The notes: generated by a model from the sequence alone, not told the origin. 55,048 bases of DNA from Klebsiella pneumoniae (GCA_945870865.1 CAMBTO010000004.1:1-55048); one strand, 5' to 3'; positions 29,890 through 42,100 are shown, counted from the first letter of the stretch. Numbers and translations are program-made.

Positions 29890-30497
29890 GCGGGTAAATC
29901 TGTATTGGCCGGGCGGGACGGTACGTGTTTAAGTGTCCCGGTGTTTGTACAGTGAGTTAACGCCTTGTCGTTGGCGGATACTCGTGTGGTCTCCGCCAGC
30001 ATTTGTTTTATCCGCGTGCGCAGTTGACCGAAGTCGAGCACGCCGGTGTGTTGCATCGCAATGCTGCCGTCCGGGGTAATCAGGAACGAGGCGGGAGTGC
30101 CCGGTATGTCGCCGAATGCGCTGACGGCCGCGCCGTTGATATCGAGTGCTATCGGGTAAGGTATCTGCATGTCACGGCTGGTCTCCAGTACCCGGTTGGG
30201 TGGATCGTAGGGCATGGCGACGGCGATGATCTCGAATCCACTGCCAGACAATTCCTGGTAGAGGGCGATCATCTCTGGCATCTCCTTGCGACATTCCACA
30301 CAGGAGGTGGCCCAGAAGGTCACCAGTACCGGTTTGCCGGCCAGGCTGGACAGGGCGAGCTGACGACCGTCGAGCAGGGGGAATGTGATATTCGGGGCGC
30401 GTTGGCGCAGCATACTGTCGGGTACGGCCATATAGATGAGCAGGGCGGCCCACACCACCAGGCCCACACCAGCCAGTCCTTTAATCGCTTTCTGCAT
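29877..30497 (-). CDS. TlpA-family thiol-disulfide oxidoreductase
   Basis: N-terminal TM; GKPVLVTFWATSCVECRKEMP; AVAMPYDPP. Confidence 0.88.
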   Translation of the reverse strand: MQKAIKGLAGVGLVVWAALLIYMAVPDSMLRQRAPNITFPLLDGRQLALSSLAGKPVLVTFWATSCVECRKEMPEMIALYQELSGSGFEIIAVAMPYDPPNRVLETSRDMQIPYPIALDINGAAVSAFGDIPGTPASFLITPDGSIAMQHTGVLDFGQLRTRIKQMLAETTRVSANDKALTHCTNTGTLKHVPSRPANTDLPACSG

Positions 30498-30608
30498 CTC
30501 CCAATTATAGCGTTATTATCGCTGTAAAGGCACAAATGACCGATTTTATGGCAGGTTCTTCTTTTCCTTGCCGGGATCAGCTCGTATCATACCCGCCACA
30601 CTGGAAGG

Positions 30609-31649
30609 ATGGCTTATATGATCAAGACTGGAATTGTTGGCGCAACCGGGTATACCGGCGTGGAATTGATGCGCCTGCTTGCACAACACCCACAGGTACA
30701 GCTAGAGGTCGTGACCTCCCGGACCGAGGCGGGCAAGTCTGTCAGCGATTTTTTTCCCTCTCTGCGCGGCATTATTGATCGGGTCTATGTTGAGCCGGAC
30801 GTCAAGGCGTTGGCCACCTGTGATGTGGTCTTTTTTGCCACCCCGAACGGTACGGCGATGCAGAGTGCCCCGGCATTACTGGAGCAGGGTACCCGGATCA
30901 TCGATTTGTCGGCCGATTTCCGTCTGAAAGACGTCGCTGAATGGGAAAAATGGTATGGCCAGAAACATGACTGCCCGCCACTGGTCGCCGAGGCTGTGTA
31001 TGGACTGCCGGAGCTGAATCGTGAATTGATCGGCAAGGCGCGGCTGGTGGCGAATCCCGGTTGTTATCCAACCGCTGTGCAGCTCGGATTTTTACCCTTG
31101 CTGGAGCAGAAACTGGTGCATCCCGGTTCTCTGATTGCCGATGCGAAGTCCGGCGTCAGTGGTGCAGGCCGCAAGATGTCGTTGATGTATCACTATTGTG
31201 AGGCGGCAGATTCGTTCATGGCCTATGCTGCCAGGGGACACCGGCACCTGCCGGAGATCAAACAGGGCTTGCAAGCAGTGACTGACGAGCCGGTCGGTCT
31301 TGTCTTTGTGCCGCACCTGTTACCGATGATACGCGGTATCCATGCCACCCTGTATGCCACGCTGCTCGACCCCTCGGTGGACCTGCAACGCGTGTATGAA
31401 GAACGTTACCGGAATGAGCCGTTTGTTGATGTGATGCCGGCGGGCAGCCATCCTAATACCAGCTCGGTCAGGGGCACCAATATGTGCCGGATCTCGTGTC
31501 ATAAACCGCAAAATGGTAATACAGCTGTCATCCTCGCGGTAGAGGATAATCTGGTCAAGGGCGCTGCTGGTCAGGCGATCCAGAACATGAATATCATGTT
31601 TGGTTTACCCGAGACCACCGGTTTGCTGGCTGCGGCCTGTTATCCTTGA
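30609..31649 (+). CDS. argC: N-acetyl-gamma-glutamyl-phosphate reductase
   Basis: [28 protein letters not shown] and [16 protein letters not shown]; start may be ATG 30618. Confidence 0.97.
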   Translation: MAYMIKTGIVGATGYTGVELMRLLAQHPQVQLEVVTSRTEAGKSVSDFFPSLRGIIDRVYVEPDVKALATCDVVFFATPNGTAMQSAPALLEQGTRIIDLSADFRLKDVAEWEKWYGQKHDCPPLVAEAVYGLPELNRELIGKARLVANPGCYPTAVQLGFLPLLEQKLVHPGSLIADAKSGVSGAGRKMSLMYHYCEAADSFMAYAARGHRHLPEIKQGLQAVTDEPVGLVFVPHLLPMIRGIHATLYATLLDPSVDLQRVYEERYRNEPFVDVMPAGSHPNTSSVRGTNMCRISCHKPQNGNTAVILAVEDNLVKGAAGQAIQNMNIMFGLPETTGLLAAACYP

Positions 31650-31674
31650 TGTTGTTCAAAGCCGGACAGTTCTG

Positions 31675-32376
31675 ATGCCGCGCCTGATAATCAAAAGTCA
31701 CCGGCCCTGGCAGGGTATTATTTCGGTTACTGCGCTCAGTGTGGTCATCGCCCTGGTCACCTGGCAGATGTTGGATACCAGTTACTGGCGCATTATCAGC
31801 TCGATGACGGGCAGGAATAATGATGAACGCACGCTGATAGACGCAAATCGTCAGCTGCTTGATCAAAATCAGGACCTGAACAGCCGCCTGTTGATGTTGG
31901 AGCAAACTACCAAGGTCGACAAGAATACGGCAGTGATGTTGCAGAAGGAAATGATCGCGCTGCAGGATCAGATCTACAAACTGAAACGTGAGCTGGAGTT
32001 TTACCAGGGTGCGATGGATTCTGCACGTAAAACTGTTGGCATGGACATCCATGGGGTCTATATTGAACCGGCCGGTAGCAGCAACCGATACCTGCTCAAA
32101 CTCGTATTCACCCATGTTGCAAAAAATGATACTGTTATGAAGGGTCGTCTGGCTGTTACCATTGTAGGAACGCAAAACGGTGAACAGCGGCGGCTGGAAT
32201 TGGGCAGCCTGCTGGAAGAAAAGACTGACTTTGGATTCGAGATCAAGAGTTTCAAACGGCTGGAGTATGAATTTGGCTTGGACGAGGACTTTGTCGCAAA
32301 ACAGGTGATAGTCAGGGTCAATCCCACGATCGGGGGCGAACCCCCGCTCAGCAAGACCTATGATTGGCCTATCTAA
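31675..32376 (+). CDS. TM + coiled-coil periplasmic protein (DUF6776-like)
   Basis: TM, coiled coil ending ELEFYQ, beta-rich C-terminus; typical position between argC and bactofilin. Confidence 0.65.
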   Translation: MPRLIIKSHRPWQGIISVTALSVVIALVTWQMLDTSYWRIISSMTGRNNDERTLIDANRQLLDQNQDLNSRLLMLEQTTKVDKNTAVMLQKEMIALQDQIYKLKRELEFYQGAMDSARKTVGMDIHGVYIEPAGSSNRYLLKLVFTHVAKNDTVMKGRLAVTIVGTQNGEQRRLELGSLLEEKTDFGFEIKSFKRLEYEFGLDEDFVAKQVIVRVNPTIGGEPPLSKTYDWPI

Positions 32377-32398
32377 TTTAATATCGGGAGCCTGAAAC

Positions 32399-32827
32399 AT
32401 GTGGGGCAAGAAGAAAAAACGTAAAACCACCAGGATAGACACGCTGGTAGGCCAGCATACCGTTATCCAGGGAGATATGAAGTTTACCGGTGGACTGCAT
32501 GTCGAAGGCATGATCATGGGTAATGTCTTTGCGGTAGATGACGATGGCAGCTCCATGTTGCAGCTGAGTCATCATGGCCGTATAGAGGGCGAGGTCAATG
32601 TCCCTTATGTTGTACTGAATGGTGAGGTCCGGGGTGATGTCCATAGCAGTGCGCATGTGGAGCTATTGTCAAAGTCCCAGGTCACCGGGAATGTTCATTA
32701 TAACCTGATAGAAATGGCCATCGGTGCCGAGGTTAATGGCAAGCTGGTGCACATCGCCCAACCTGAGCCGCGCAAAGGCGCCCCGCGTACTGATGATGTG
32801 TTTGATATCCCCGAACAAGATACTTGA
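32399..32827 (+). CDS. Bactofilin (polymer-forming cytoskeletal protein)
   Basis: TLVG..TVIQGDMKFTGGLHVEG, IEGEV, VTGNVHY and IEMAIGAEVNG beta-helix repeats. Confidence 0.9.
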   Translation: MWGKKKKRKTTRIDTLVGQHTVIQGDMKFTGGLHVEGMIMGNVFAVDDDGSSMLQLSHHGRIEGEVNVPYVVLNGEVRGDVHSSAHVELLSKSQVTGNVHYNLIEMAIGAEVNGKLVHIAQPEPRKGAPRTDDVFDIPEQDT

Positions 32828-32895
32828 GCAAATCACTTGGTTTTTGGTTACACTGGCCATATCTACAGTAATAACCGTTTCAGGGCAGAAGACAT

Positions 32896-33261
32896 ATGCA
32901 AAGCACTTTTGAAGAAGGCGCCGGTTACGTACCGGATCCGCTTAATTTTACCGATTCAGCCGTCTCCAAGGTCAGGGAACTGATTGAGGACGAGGGTAAT
33001 GCCGGGCTGATGTTGAGGGTTTATATCAGTGGTGGTGGCTGCTCCGGCTTCCAGTACGGTTTTACCTTTGATGAAAAGACTACTGACGGCGATACAGTCA
33101 TCGAACGCGAGGGCGTCAGGTTACTGGTAGACCCGATGAGTATCCAGTATCTTGCCGGCGCTGAAATCGACTATTCCGAAGGACTGGAAGGCGCGCAGTT
33201 TGTCATTCGCAATCCAAATGCCCGCACTACCTGCGGATGTGGGTCGTCCTTTTCTGTCTGA
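32896..33261 (+). CDS. erpA: Iron-sulfur cluster insertion protein ErpA
   Basis: [17 protein letters not shown] and [14 protein letters not shown]. Confidence 0.95.
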   Translation: MQSTFEEGAGYVPDPLNFTDSAVSKVRELIEDEGNAGLMLRVYISGGGCSGFQYGFTFDEKTTDGDTVIEREGVRLLVDPMSIQYLAGAEIDYSEGLEGAQFVIRNPNARTTCGCGSSFSV

Positions 33262-33279
33262 CCTGGGTTGACGGTCTTG

Positions 33280-33307
33280 AAAAAAAAGCGCCGAGGCGCT
33301 TTTTTTT
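33280..33307. terminator. Intrinsic terminator, potentially bidirectional
   Basis: A8-GCGC-CGAG-GCGC-T8. Confidence 0.8.
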
Positions 33308-33460
33308 GGTCAGCAGGGCAGCGTTACAGGCCTTAGTTTTTTGTTGCTGTTGATAAAATAGGGGAATATCATCGCTGACGGCAAGTCGGGTGGGCAGATT
33401 TTGTCCGTCACCGACAGTATATAATACAGAACAGGCACTTATTTCAGGGGAGGGGAAAAT

Positions 33461-33934
33461 ATGAAGATGTTCAGGACAATCGCAGTCTCAATAATCGTTT
33501 CCATATTGGGGCTAACGCTGGTAACGGCGCAGGACGCAGAGAAAAAAGAACCCACAAAGGAAGAGAAGGCCGTGAAGGGCCGTCAGGAGTTAATGCATGT
33601 GATAGCGGCCCAGCGCGCTGTCATGCGTGACATGGCCGATGGCAAGCGTCCTACCGATGTGGTTGCGTTTACCCATGCCGCCCATGCGCTGTCCGCACTG
33701 GGCATGGTCATACCTGAGGCATTTACCTTGAATGCGATTGTGGGCGATTCAACTGCCAAGCCGGACGTGTGGACGAATGCGTCTGACTTTGCCGCCAAGT
33801 CGAAGGCCCTGACAGACAAGGGTGCTGCGATTGCTGCACTGGCCGCGACTGATATCGAAGGCGCCAAGGCGATGGCAAAAGACATGAAGGAATGTGGGAG
33901 CTGTCACGACCAGTATCGGGTAGAAGACAAGTAA
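33461..33934 (+). CDS. Class II cytochrome c (c'/c556)
   Basis: Signal peptide; RQELM; AKPDVWTNASDF; C-terminal CGSCHDQYR. Confidence 0.9.
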   Translation: MKMFRTIAVSIIVSILGLTLVTAQDAEKKEPTKEEKAVKGRQELMHVIAAQRAVMRDMADGKRPTDVVAFTHAAHALSALGMVIPEAFTLNAIVGDSTAKPDVWTNASDFAAKSKALTDKGAAIAALAATDIEGAKAMAKDMKECGSCHDQYRVEDK

Positions 33935-33949
33935 TATTTGTGTGATTCG

Positions 33950-33987
33950 GGGCGGCAGGTGAGGTTACACCTGTCGCCCTTTATTTT
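33950..33987 (+). terminator. Intrinsic terminator
   Basis: GGGCGGCAGGTG-loop-CACCTGTCGCCC followed by TTTATTTT. Confidence 0.7.
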
Positions 33988-33996
33988 GTCCAGCCA

Positions 33997-35097
33997 TCAG
34001 GAACAATAAATCGCCCCGAGTATGACCTGTCGACTTGCCCCGGTGACCGCCGGGATATTGGCAGGTAGCTGCTCCAGCCTGCATTTTGCCAGCCAGGCAA
34101 ACGTAACCGCTTCAACTGCATCCGCACTCACCCCGTAATGATCGGTAGGTACGATGGTTCGGTCCGGCATGTATTCTTTCAATCTTTGTAACAGCGCACG
34201 GTTATGCACGCCACCGCCACAAACGAGTACTTCCGTCGTTTCGGCGGCGTTCTGTGCGATTGCTGTGCTGATGGAACGCGCCGTCAGTTCCAGCAGGGTA
34301 GCCTGGACATTGGCAGGCTCAATTTGACGCCCCGTCATGTTCAGTTTGGAGGCGAGCCAGCCCGTATTAAAATCGTCCTTACCCGTGCTTTTCGGCGGAC
34401 GTTTACTGAAGTAGGAATCCGCCAGCATCAGTCCGAGTAATTGCAGGTCGACTTTGCCCGAGGCGGCCCAGGCACCGTCAGTATCAAAGTCACATTGCTG
34501 ATGTAACTGGATCCAGCCATCCATCAGGGCATTGCCAGGACCGGTATCAAACCCGGTGATTTCACGGTCTGACCTTGCAGGTAACACGGTAATGTTTGCC
34601 ATGCCGCCCAGATTCAGCACCACGCGATCCCGCTCTGCAGAGCGAAATCGCCAAGCATGGAAGGCACAGGCCAGTGGCGCGCCCTGACCACCCGCAGCAA
34701 TATCGTTACGGCGAAAGTCGGCCACGGTCGTGATCCCTGTTTTGACAGCAATCCGGGCCGGGTCACCGATCTGTAGTGTGCGGGGGTAAGTGCCGGTGGG
34801 CAGATGCATTACCGTCTGCCCATGACTGCCTGTGGCAGTAATCGCTGCCGGGGTCAGTCCGGAGAGTGCCAGTATGGCACTGACTGCATTAGCAAACAGT
34901 TCACCCAGGATGACGTCAAGTTCGGTTATCTGCTCCAGTGATGTCTGAACAGTGACCTTGCGCACGGCGGTCTGGACGGCGGACGGGATCGGATATTGTC
35001 GATACTGGAGGACGACCAGATTATTGTCGTTAATTTCTACCAGCGCAGTATCAATGGCGTCCATGCTGGTTCCGGACATGAGGCCAATATAATACAC
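33997..35097 (-). CDS. anmK: Anhydro-N-acetylmuramic acid kinase
   Basis: IGLMSGTSMDAID, GSHGQT, DFRRNDIAAGGQGAPL, FDTGPGN and KSTG. Confidence 0.95.
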   Translation of the reverse strand: MYYIGLMSGTSMDAIDTALVEINDNNLVVLQYRQYPIPSAVQTAVRKVTVQTSLEQITELDVILGELFANAVSAILALSGLTPAAITATGSHGQTVMHLPTGTYPRTLQIGDPARIAVKTGITTVADFRRNDIAAGGQGAPLACAFHAWRFRSAERDRVVLNLGGMANITVLPARSDREITGFDTGPGNALMDGWIQLHQQCDFDTDGAWAASGKVDLQLLGLMLADSYFSKRPPKSTGKDDFNTGWLASKLNMTGRQIEPANVQATLLELTARSISTAIAQNAAETTEVLVCGGGVHNRALLQRLKEYMPDRTIVPTDHYGVSADAVEAVTFAWLAKCRLEQLPANIPAVTGASRQVILGAIYCS

Positions 35098-35099
35098 AG

Positions 35100-36602
35100 T
35101 TATTGCTGGAGCGGATCCACTACAGCCGGTGGTGAGTCCAGCAGATCAGGTTCCTTGAGCGCAATCATAACCGGCGTGGAATGGATCGTCTGTTTGTCAA
35201 GTTGGGAGAGCAGGGGCGCTGTGGACTTTTTGAAGTCGGCCATTAATGCTGAGGGGATCGATTCGGCTTTCGGGAACGGCAGGGTGAGTGGATTACGGTG
35301 CACACCTTTCACGCGGAATTCATAATGCAGATGCGGGCCGGTGGCGAGACCGGACTGGCCGACATACCCTATCGTCTGTCCCTGTTTTATGCGCATGCCC
35401 TTTTTCAGGCCTTTTGCAAATTTCGACAGATGGGCGTAAAGCGTACTGTATTCACTGCCATGCTGGATAACGACGGTCCTGCCATAACCACCGTTTGTCC
35501 CTGCCGAGACGATGGTACCGTTTCCGGCCGAATTGACCGGCGTGCCGGTAGGCGCGGCATAATCCACGCCCTTATGTGCCCGTATCCTGTTCAGTACCGG
35601 GTGTTTGCGGCTCAGACTGAAGCCGGAGCTGATACGGGTAAAGTTCAGCGGAGTACGCAGGAACGCCTTGCGCATACTGTCGCCCGTATCCGCGAAATAT
35701 TCTGTGGTCCCGTCCGGCATCTTGAATCTGACTGAACGGAATTTCTTGCCCTGGTTGATAAATTCTGCCGCCAGTATCGGCCCCTCACCGACCTTTTGAC
35801 CTTCCTTGTACTGTTCTTCGTAGATCAGTTTGAAACGATCATCCTTGCGTATGTCCAGTGCAAAATCGATGTCCCAGCCGTAGATAGCCACCAGCTGCAT
35901 AATCAGGTTGTCTGACAGTCCGGCCTTCTGGCCGGCAATAAACAGTGAGCTATCAATGGTGGCGCTGGTCTCCAGTACCTTTATATCGAGGTCAATCTTG
36001 ATAAGCTTGCTGGTATAGGCGCCGTTTTCATGGTTGATTTGCAGCGTAGTGAGCATGTCCTGATCATATTCGAGCGCCTGTAACCGGCCGTCTTTCATCC
36101 TGAACCGGAGTTCCTGCCCGGGTAACAGGAACTTCAGTGCACGGGTGTCCTGCCCGGATGTCATGATGGTGTAAAGTACCGCTGGTGAAATCTTCATGCG
36201 GTCGAAGATAATCGACAGGCTGTCACCCGAGACGACCCTGATTTTCTGCCACTGATCCGACTCGGGAACATCTGCCTGGGCGCGTTTCGTGTTGAAGGGT
36301 TGGCCTACGGGCCGACGCTGCTTGTTGATGTGGATATAATTAAGGTTGGCAGCGATGATCTGTTCAGGATAGAGGCTGTACAGGGCAGAATCCAGATCCG
36401 GGTTGTTAGTCCATTCGGTCGATGGCACCATGGATGATATGATGGCCGCCGTCGCCGATACAAAAAAACCGGTGCAGGCCCAGATAAAACCACGTGTCCT
36501 CAGATACCAAGGACGGTCTGGAATCCAGCGGACAACCGGTTTATAGTCAGATTTTACATAAATTTTGTAAGGCACGATTATTACTGGACAATATTTAGGC
36601 AA
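35100..36602 (-). CDS. M23-family peptidoglycan DD-endopeptidase (MepM/OapA-like)
   Basis: RAHKGVDYAA, LYAHLS and TGPHLHYE; start position uncertain. Confidence 0.9.
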   Translation of the reverse strand: MPKYCPVIIVPYKIYVKSDYKPVVRWIPDRPWYLRTRGFIWACTGFFVSATAAIISSMVPSTEWTNNPDLDSALYSLYPEQIIAANLNYIHINKQRRPVGQPFNTKRAQADVPESDQWQKIRVVSGDSLSIIFDRMKISPAVLYTIMTSGQDTRALKFLLPGQELRFRMKDGRLQALEYDQDMLTTLQINHENGAYTSKLIKIDLDIKVLETSATIDSSLFIAGQKAGLSDNLIMQLVAIYGWDIDFALDIRKDDRFKLIYEEQYKEGQKVGEGPILAAEFINQGKKFRSVRFKMPDGTTEYFADTGDSMRKAFLRTPLNFTRISSGFSLSRKHPVLNRIRAHKGVDYAAPTGTPVNSAGNGTIVSAGTNGGYGRTVVIQHGSEYSTLYAHLSKFAKGLKKGMRIKQGQTIGYVGQSGLATGPHLHYEFRVKGVHRNPLTLPFPKAESIPSALMADFKKSTAPLLSQLDKQTIHSTPVMIALKEPDLLDSPPAVVDPLQQ

Positions 36603-36705
36603 ACCATAGCGCCTATGGGCAAATTCGTCAATGCAGGAATGAATAAATAATGCTTTTAAATCAAACTATTTCGACCCCTTCACATCATGCCGGAATGTTA
36701 TCCCC

Positions 36706-37911
36706 ATGAGTAATACAAATGAGGCCATAACACTGCTGAAGCGTGGCACAGACGAGATCATCCACGAGCAGGAATTGATAACCCGGCTGGAGCGTGGCAA
36801 ACCACTGCGGATCAAGGCCGGTTTTGATCCGACAGCACCGGATCTGCACCTCGGTCATACCGTGCTAATCAACAAGCTGCGTCATTTCCAGCAACTCGGC
36901 CACCATATCATGTTTCTGATCGGTGATTTCACGGGGTTGATAGGTGATCCGACCGGGCGCAATGTGACACGCAAGCCGCTGACGCGCGATGAGATCAGGG
37001 CGAATGCACAGACCTATCAGGACCAGGTATTCAAGATCCTGGATCCGGATCGGACCGAGGTCTGTTTCAATTCTACCTGGGGTGAGCAACTCGGTTCCGC
37101 CGGGATGATCAAGCTAGCGGCCCGATCAACGGTAGCGCGCATGCTTGAGCGTGATGATTTCAAGAAACGGTATGCGGCGAACCTGCCTATCTCCATACAT
37201 GAATTTCTCTACCCGCTGATGCAGGGTTACGACTCCGTGGTGATGAAGGCAGATGTAGAGCTCGGTGGAACGGATCAGAAATTCAACCTGCTGGTCGGAC
37301 GTGACCTGCAGCGTGAGGAAGGTCAGGAACCGCAGGTCATCATGACAGTGCCTATCCTCGAAGGCCTTGATGGCGTGCAGAAGATGTCAAAATCACTTGA
37401 TAATTACATCGCTATCAACGAACCGCCAGAGCAGATGTTTGGCAAGGTCATGTCGGTCTCCGATGAGTTGATGTGGCGGTATTATGACCTGCTCAGTTTT
37501 CGTATGACGGGGGATATCGCCGGGCTGAAGCAATCGGTCACTGAGGGCACCAATCCGCGTGATATCAAGATCCTGCTGGCGGAGGAACTGGTGGCCCGTT
37601 TCCACAGCCATCAGGCCGCCGATGCCGCCCGCGAGGACTTTATCAATCGCTTCCGCCATGGACAGATCCCTGACGAAATGCCTGAACACAGATTCACCAG
37701 TGAGGTCGGGAGCAGCGGTATAGCCCTGGTCTTCGTGTTAAAACAGGCCGACCTGACCGCCAGTACCTCTGAAGCCATACGCATGATTAGCCAGGGCGCG
37801 GTGCGGGTGGACGGGGAAAAGGTCAGTGATCGTGATGTCAGACTGTTGCCCGGAAACAGCTATGTGATCCAGATCGGCAAGCGCAAGTTTGCGCGGGTAA
37901 CCGTAACCTGA
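36706..37911 (+). CDS. tyrS: Tyrosine-tRNA ligase
   Basis: [18 protein letters not shown] and C-terminal S4 domain (QIGKRKF). Confidence 0.97.
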   Translation: MSNTNEAITLLKRGTDEIIHEQELITRLERGKPLRIKAGFDPTAPDLHLGHTVLINKLRHFQQLGHHIMFLIGDFTGLIGDPTGRNVTRKPLTRDEIRANAQTYQDQVFKILDPDRTEVCFNSTWGEQLGSAGMIKLAARSTVARMLERDDFKKRYAANLPISIHEFLYPLMQGYDSVVMKADVELGGTDQKFNLLVGRDLQREEGQEPQVIMTVPILEGLDGVQKMSKSLDNYIAINEPPEQMFGKVMSVSDELMWRYYDLLSFRMTGDIAGLKQSVTEGTNPRDIKILLAEELVARFHSHQAADAAREDFINRFRHGQIPDEMPEHRFTSEVGSSGIALVFVLKQADLTASTSEAIRMISQGAVRVDGEKVSDRDVRLLPGNSYVIQIGKRKFARVTVT

Positions 37912-38029
37912 AAGCACAACTCTGGTGCAGGAGAACTGTCTTAATTGTTAATGCGTCACTTATTCTTTCATTGTGAATGGCGTGTCAGCCATATAAAATT
38001 GCGCCTGTCCTATTAGGTAGATTATCTCC

Positions 38030-39157
38030 ATGTTAAAAAGACTCTTATGGGTATTGGGTGGCCTGTTGATTGCTTTACCGATCGTTTTCAGTCTGGTCGG
38101 AATCAAGTTAATGCAGTTCAAAGCGATGGGCGATGCCTCCGCACAAATGGTCATGCCACCCGAGACGGTCAACGTTGAAACGGTCCGCGAACACCCATTG
38201 GGAAACAGTATCTCTTCCGTGGGTTCAGTGGTGGCGGTACAGGGGATTGTTGTCAAAAATGAGATGGAAGGCATCGTTCGCAAGATCAGTTTCGAGGCGG
38301 GCACGATGGTGAATGCCGGAGATGTGCTGGTTGAGTTGGATATGGATATTGAACAATCACAGTTGCGTCTGGCGGAGGCGACAGCAGAAGGTGCGGCACG
38401 TATCTTCAAACGGGCACAGGATATATATGCTCGCAAGGGTATCTCCGAGGCAGATTACTCCTCGGCAGACACGAATCTGAAGGAAGCAAATGCACGGCTG
38501 GAAAACATTCGTGCAATGATGGCGAAAAAGGTTATCCGTGCACCGTTTGCCGGCAAGCTCGGCATACGCCGTATCAGTATTGGTCAGTTCCTTGACAAGG
38601 CCAGTGCTGTCGTATCATTACAAAAGGTATCACCGGTCTATGTCGAATTTACCCTGCCACAACAACAGCTGGGTTCGCTGGCAAATGGTCTGAAGATTAT
38701 TGTGACATCCGATTCGTATCAGGGTGAGCAGTTTGCAGGTGAAATAACCGCAATTGAACCGGATGTGGATGTCACGACCCGCAATGTGACGGTCCAGGCC
38801 ACACTGGAAAATGAAGACGGTCGGCTGATACCCGGTATGTTTGTTTCAGTAGAGGTAATGCTGGCAAAAGCGAGTACCGGTCAGTTCATCCCGGCCACGG
38901 GCGTGCAGTATGATCCGTCCGGCAATCTGGTCTATGTTGTTGAAGATGCCGCCAATAATGGCCAGTTGACGGTCCAGCCCCGTCCGGTGACGTTGGGTGT
39001 GGCCCGGGGTGATTTTGTGCAGGTGGTTGAGGGCGTCTCTGCCGGTGAGCGTATCGTCTCAACCGGATTGTTCAAACTGCGTCCAGGCATGAGTGTCGTA
39101 ATTGATACCGCGCTGGCACCGGAGTTTTCGTTTACCCCGACACCGGATAACACCTGA
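38030..39157 (+). CDS. RND efflux periplasmic adaptor (MFP)
   Basis: N-terminal TM; IRAPFAGKLG, LIPGMFV and GERIV. Confidence 0.92.
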   Translation: MLKRLLWVLGGLLIALPIVFSLVGIKLMQFKAMGDASAQMVMPPETVNVETVREHPLGNSISSVGSVVAVQGIVVKNEMEGIVRKISFEAGTMVNAGDVLVELDMDIEQSQLRLAEATAEGAARIFKRAQDIYARKGISEADYSSADTNLKEANARLENIRAMMAKKVIRAPFAGKLGIRRISIGQFLDKASAVVSLQKVSPVYVEFTLPQQQLGSLANGLKIIVTSDSYQGEQFAGEITAIEPDVDVTTRNVTVQATLENEDGRLIPGMFVSVEVMLAKASTGQFIPATGVQYDPSGNLVYVVEDAANNGQLTVQPRPVTLGVARGDFVQVVEGVSAGERIVSTGLFKLRPGMSVVIDTALAPEFSFTPTPDNT

Positions 39158-39193
39158 TATCACTTTTATGATCCAGCAGCGTAGCCACATCGC

Positions 39194-42100
39194 ATGAAGG
39201 CCTTTACCGATATTTTTGTTACCCGACCGGTACTGGCGATAGTCGTCAATCTGATGATCATCATCGCCGGGTTACAGGCGTGGAACTCGCTCAGTGTGCG
39301 CCAGTATCCACGCAGTGAAAATGCCTCGGTCACGGTGGCGACTGTTTATGTCGGTGCCAGCGCAGAGGTCGTGCGCGGGTTTATTTCAACCGCGATCGAA
39401 CGCGCCATATCTTCCGTTGACGGTATTGATTACGTTGAATCAAAAAGTCTGCTCGGTCTGTCGCTGGTCACCGCACGGCTGAAGCTGAACTATGACCCGA
39501 CCAAGGCGCTGACCGACATTACCGCCAAGGTTAACCAGGTCCGCAATGAATTACCGGCCGAGTCACAGGTGCCGTCAATAAGTTTACAGTCTGCCGATTC
39601 CGAGTTTGCCTCTGCCTACCTGAGCTTTTCCTCCGAGGCGATGTCGCAGAGCGAGATCACCGATTATCTGGTACGCACGGTACAACCACGTCTGGCCGCC
39701 GTAACCGGCGTCCAGAATGCAGAAATACTCGGTGCGCGTACATTTGCGATGCGGGTCTGGTTGAAGCCGCTGGAAATGGCCGCGTTGAATGTCAGTCCCT
39801 CGCAGGTGTATGGGGCGCTGGCGTCAAACAACTACCTTGCAGCGGTGGGCAGCACCAAGGGCGCGTTTGTCCAGGTCAACCTGACGGCAAATACCGACCT
39901 GCATACGGTCGATGAATTCAAAAATCTGGTCATACGCGAACAGAACGGAACCATTATTCATCTGGCAGATGTCGCTGACGTGGAACTCGGCGCAGAAGAT
40001 TATGATACCGAGGTGCGATTCAACGACCAGACCGCCGTGTTCATGGGTATCTTCCCGTTACCGAATGCAAATACCATCGATGTGGTGGCGCGTATACGCG
40101 TTGAGCTGGAGGCTATCAAGAAGGGGCTGCCCCCGGGTCTTGAGGCCTCTATCGGTTATGACGCCTCCGAGTACATCAGTAATGCGATCCACGAGGTTGT
40201 GTTCACCTTGATAGACACGTTGCTGATCGTCATCGTCGTCATCTTCCTGTTCCTCGGCAGTTTCCGCTCGGTGCTGGTGCCGGTGGTTGCCATCCCGGTA
40301 TCACTGATAGGCGGTGTGTTCCTGATGCAGTCATTTGGCTTTACGCTGAATCTGCTGACGCTGCTCGCGATTGTGCTGTCGGTCGGGCTGGTGGTCGACG
40401 ATGCAATTGTTATTGTAGAGAACGTGGATCGACGCATGCGTGAGGGCCAGACGGCATTACAGGCAGCACTCGCTGGCGCACGTGAGCTGATAGGTCCGGT
40501 GATTGCCATGACCATCACGCTGGCGGCGGTTTATACCCCGATAGGTTTACAGGGTGGATTGACCGGTACCTTGTTCCGCGAGTTTGCACTGACGCTGGCA
40601 GGTGCTGTTACGATATCCGGTATCGTCGCACTAACGCTGTCACCGATGATGTCGGCAAAATTATTGCGTGTGTCGGAGAAGGAAGAAGGGTTTTCCTGGT
40701 GGGTCAATTCGCATTTTAATCGTCTGCGTGATTCCTACGCGCACGGACTTGATCGGACATTACATGCACGTCCCGCCGTCTATACCGTGTGGGCGGTCCT
40801 CAGCCTGATGGCGATCCCGATGTATATGTTTTCCCCGACTGAGCTGGCGCCGTTGGAGGACCAGGGTTTTATGTTTGGTATTATCAATAATGCCGCCAAT
40901 GCGACTGCCGATCAGAAGAGCCACTACGGTCGTGCGGTTGAGAATGCCTTTCTGGTCACACCCGAGCGTGACCTGACATTCCAGTTGTTACTGTCGCCAT
41001 CAGATCCGTTTGCGGCAGGCCTCGGTGTCGGTGGGTTCAGCGGTATGGTGGTGAAACCGTGGGACCAGCGTGAACGTTCGATGAAAGAGATCCTGCATGA
41101 AGTACAGGGACGGATGGCACAGATACCCGGATTGCAAATATTTGTGGGTATGCCACCTGCGTTACCCGGTGGCAGTAACTTCCCGATAGAATTCGTCATC
41201 ACCTCGACCGATGCGCCGGAGAAGATGCTGGAGGTCGCACGCCAATTGCAGACGAAGGCGATGGAGAGCGGGATATTCTATTTCCCGCCGGAAATAGATC
41301 TGAAGTTTGATCAGCCGCAGGCCGAGATTGTGATTGATCATAAAAAGGTGGCCGACCTCGGACTCAGCAATGCCCAGGTGGGATCGGATCTCGCCGCCGC
41401 GCTCGGTGGTAACTACGTCAATCGTTTCAATATTGACGGACGCGCCTACAAGGTCATCCCACAGCTGGCCCGCAGTGAACGGCTCAATCCAGAACAGCTC
41501 GGCAACATATACGTGACCGGCCCGAACAACCAGTTGGTACCGCTCAGTACGTTTGCCACGATCAAGAACACCACCGTACCGCGCTCGCTGAACCGTTTCC
41601 AGCAGTTAAATGCGATCAAGTTGTCCGGCATGACCGCCCAGCTGGACGCCGGATTAAAGGTGCTCGAACAGGCCTCTGCCGAGATCCTGCCACCAGGATA
41701 CAGTATTGACTACACTGGCGAATCACGACAGTTACGTACCGAAGGTGGTAAATTCCTTCCAGCGCTCGGTCTTGCTGTATTGCTGATCTTCCTCGTGCTC
41801 GCCGTGCAGTTCAATTCGTTCCGCGAGCCGTTTGTGATCCTGCTCGGTTCGGTACCGCTGGCGATGTTCGGTGCATTGATATTCACCGTGCTGAAATTGC
41901 CGAATCCCGACATGCCTTACTGGACAGATGGCTGGACCACCACGATGAATATCTACGCCCAGGTTGGTCTGGTCACGCTGGTCGGACTGATCGCGAAAAA
42001 CGGTATCCTCATTGTTGAGTTTGCCAACAAGTTACAGGAAAGCGGTCATGACAAGTTTGCGGCGATTCGTGAAGCCGCCATCACCCGTTTCCGTCCGGTA

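Noticed and set aside
31594-32556. 320-aa minus-strand ORF
   Set aside because: Antisense to the argC/DUF6776-like/bactofilin genes, which have clear motifs and conserved order
37912-38029. rRNA or tRNA genes after tyrS
   Set aside because: Only 118 bp of intergenic DNA, with no rRNA or tRNA signature
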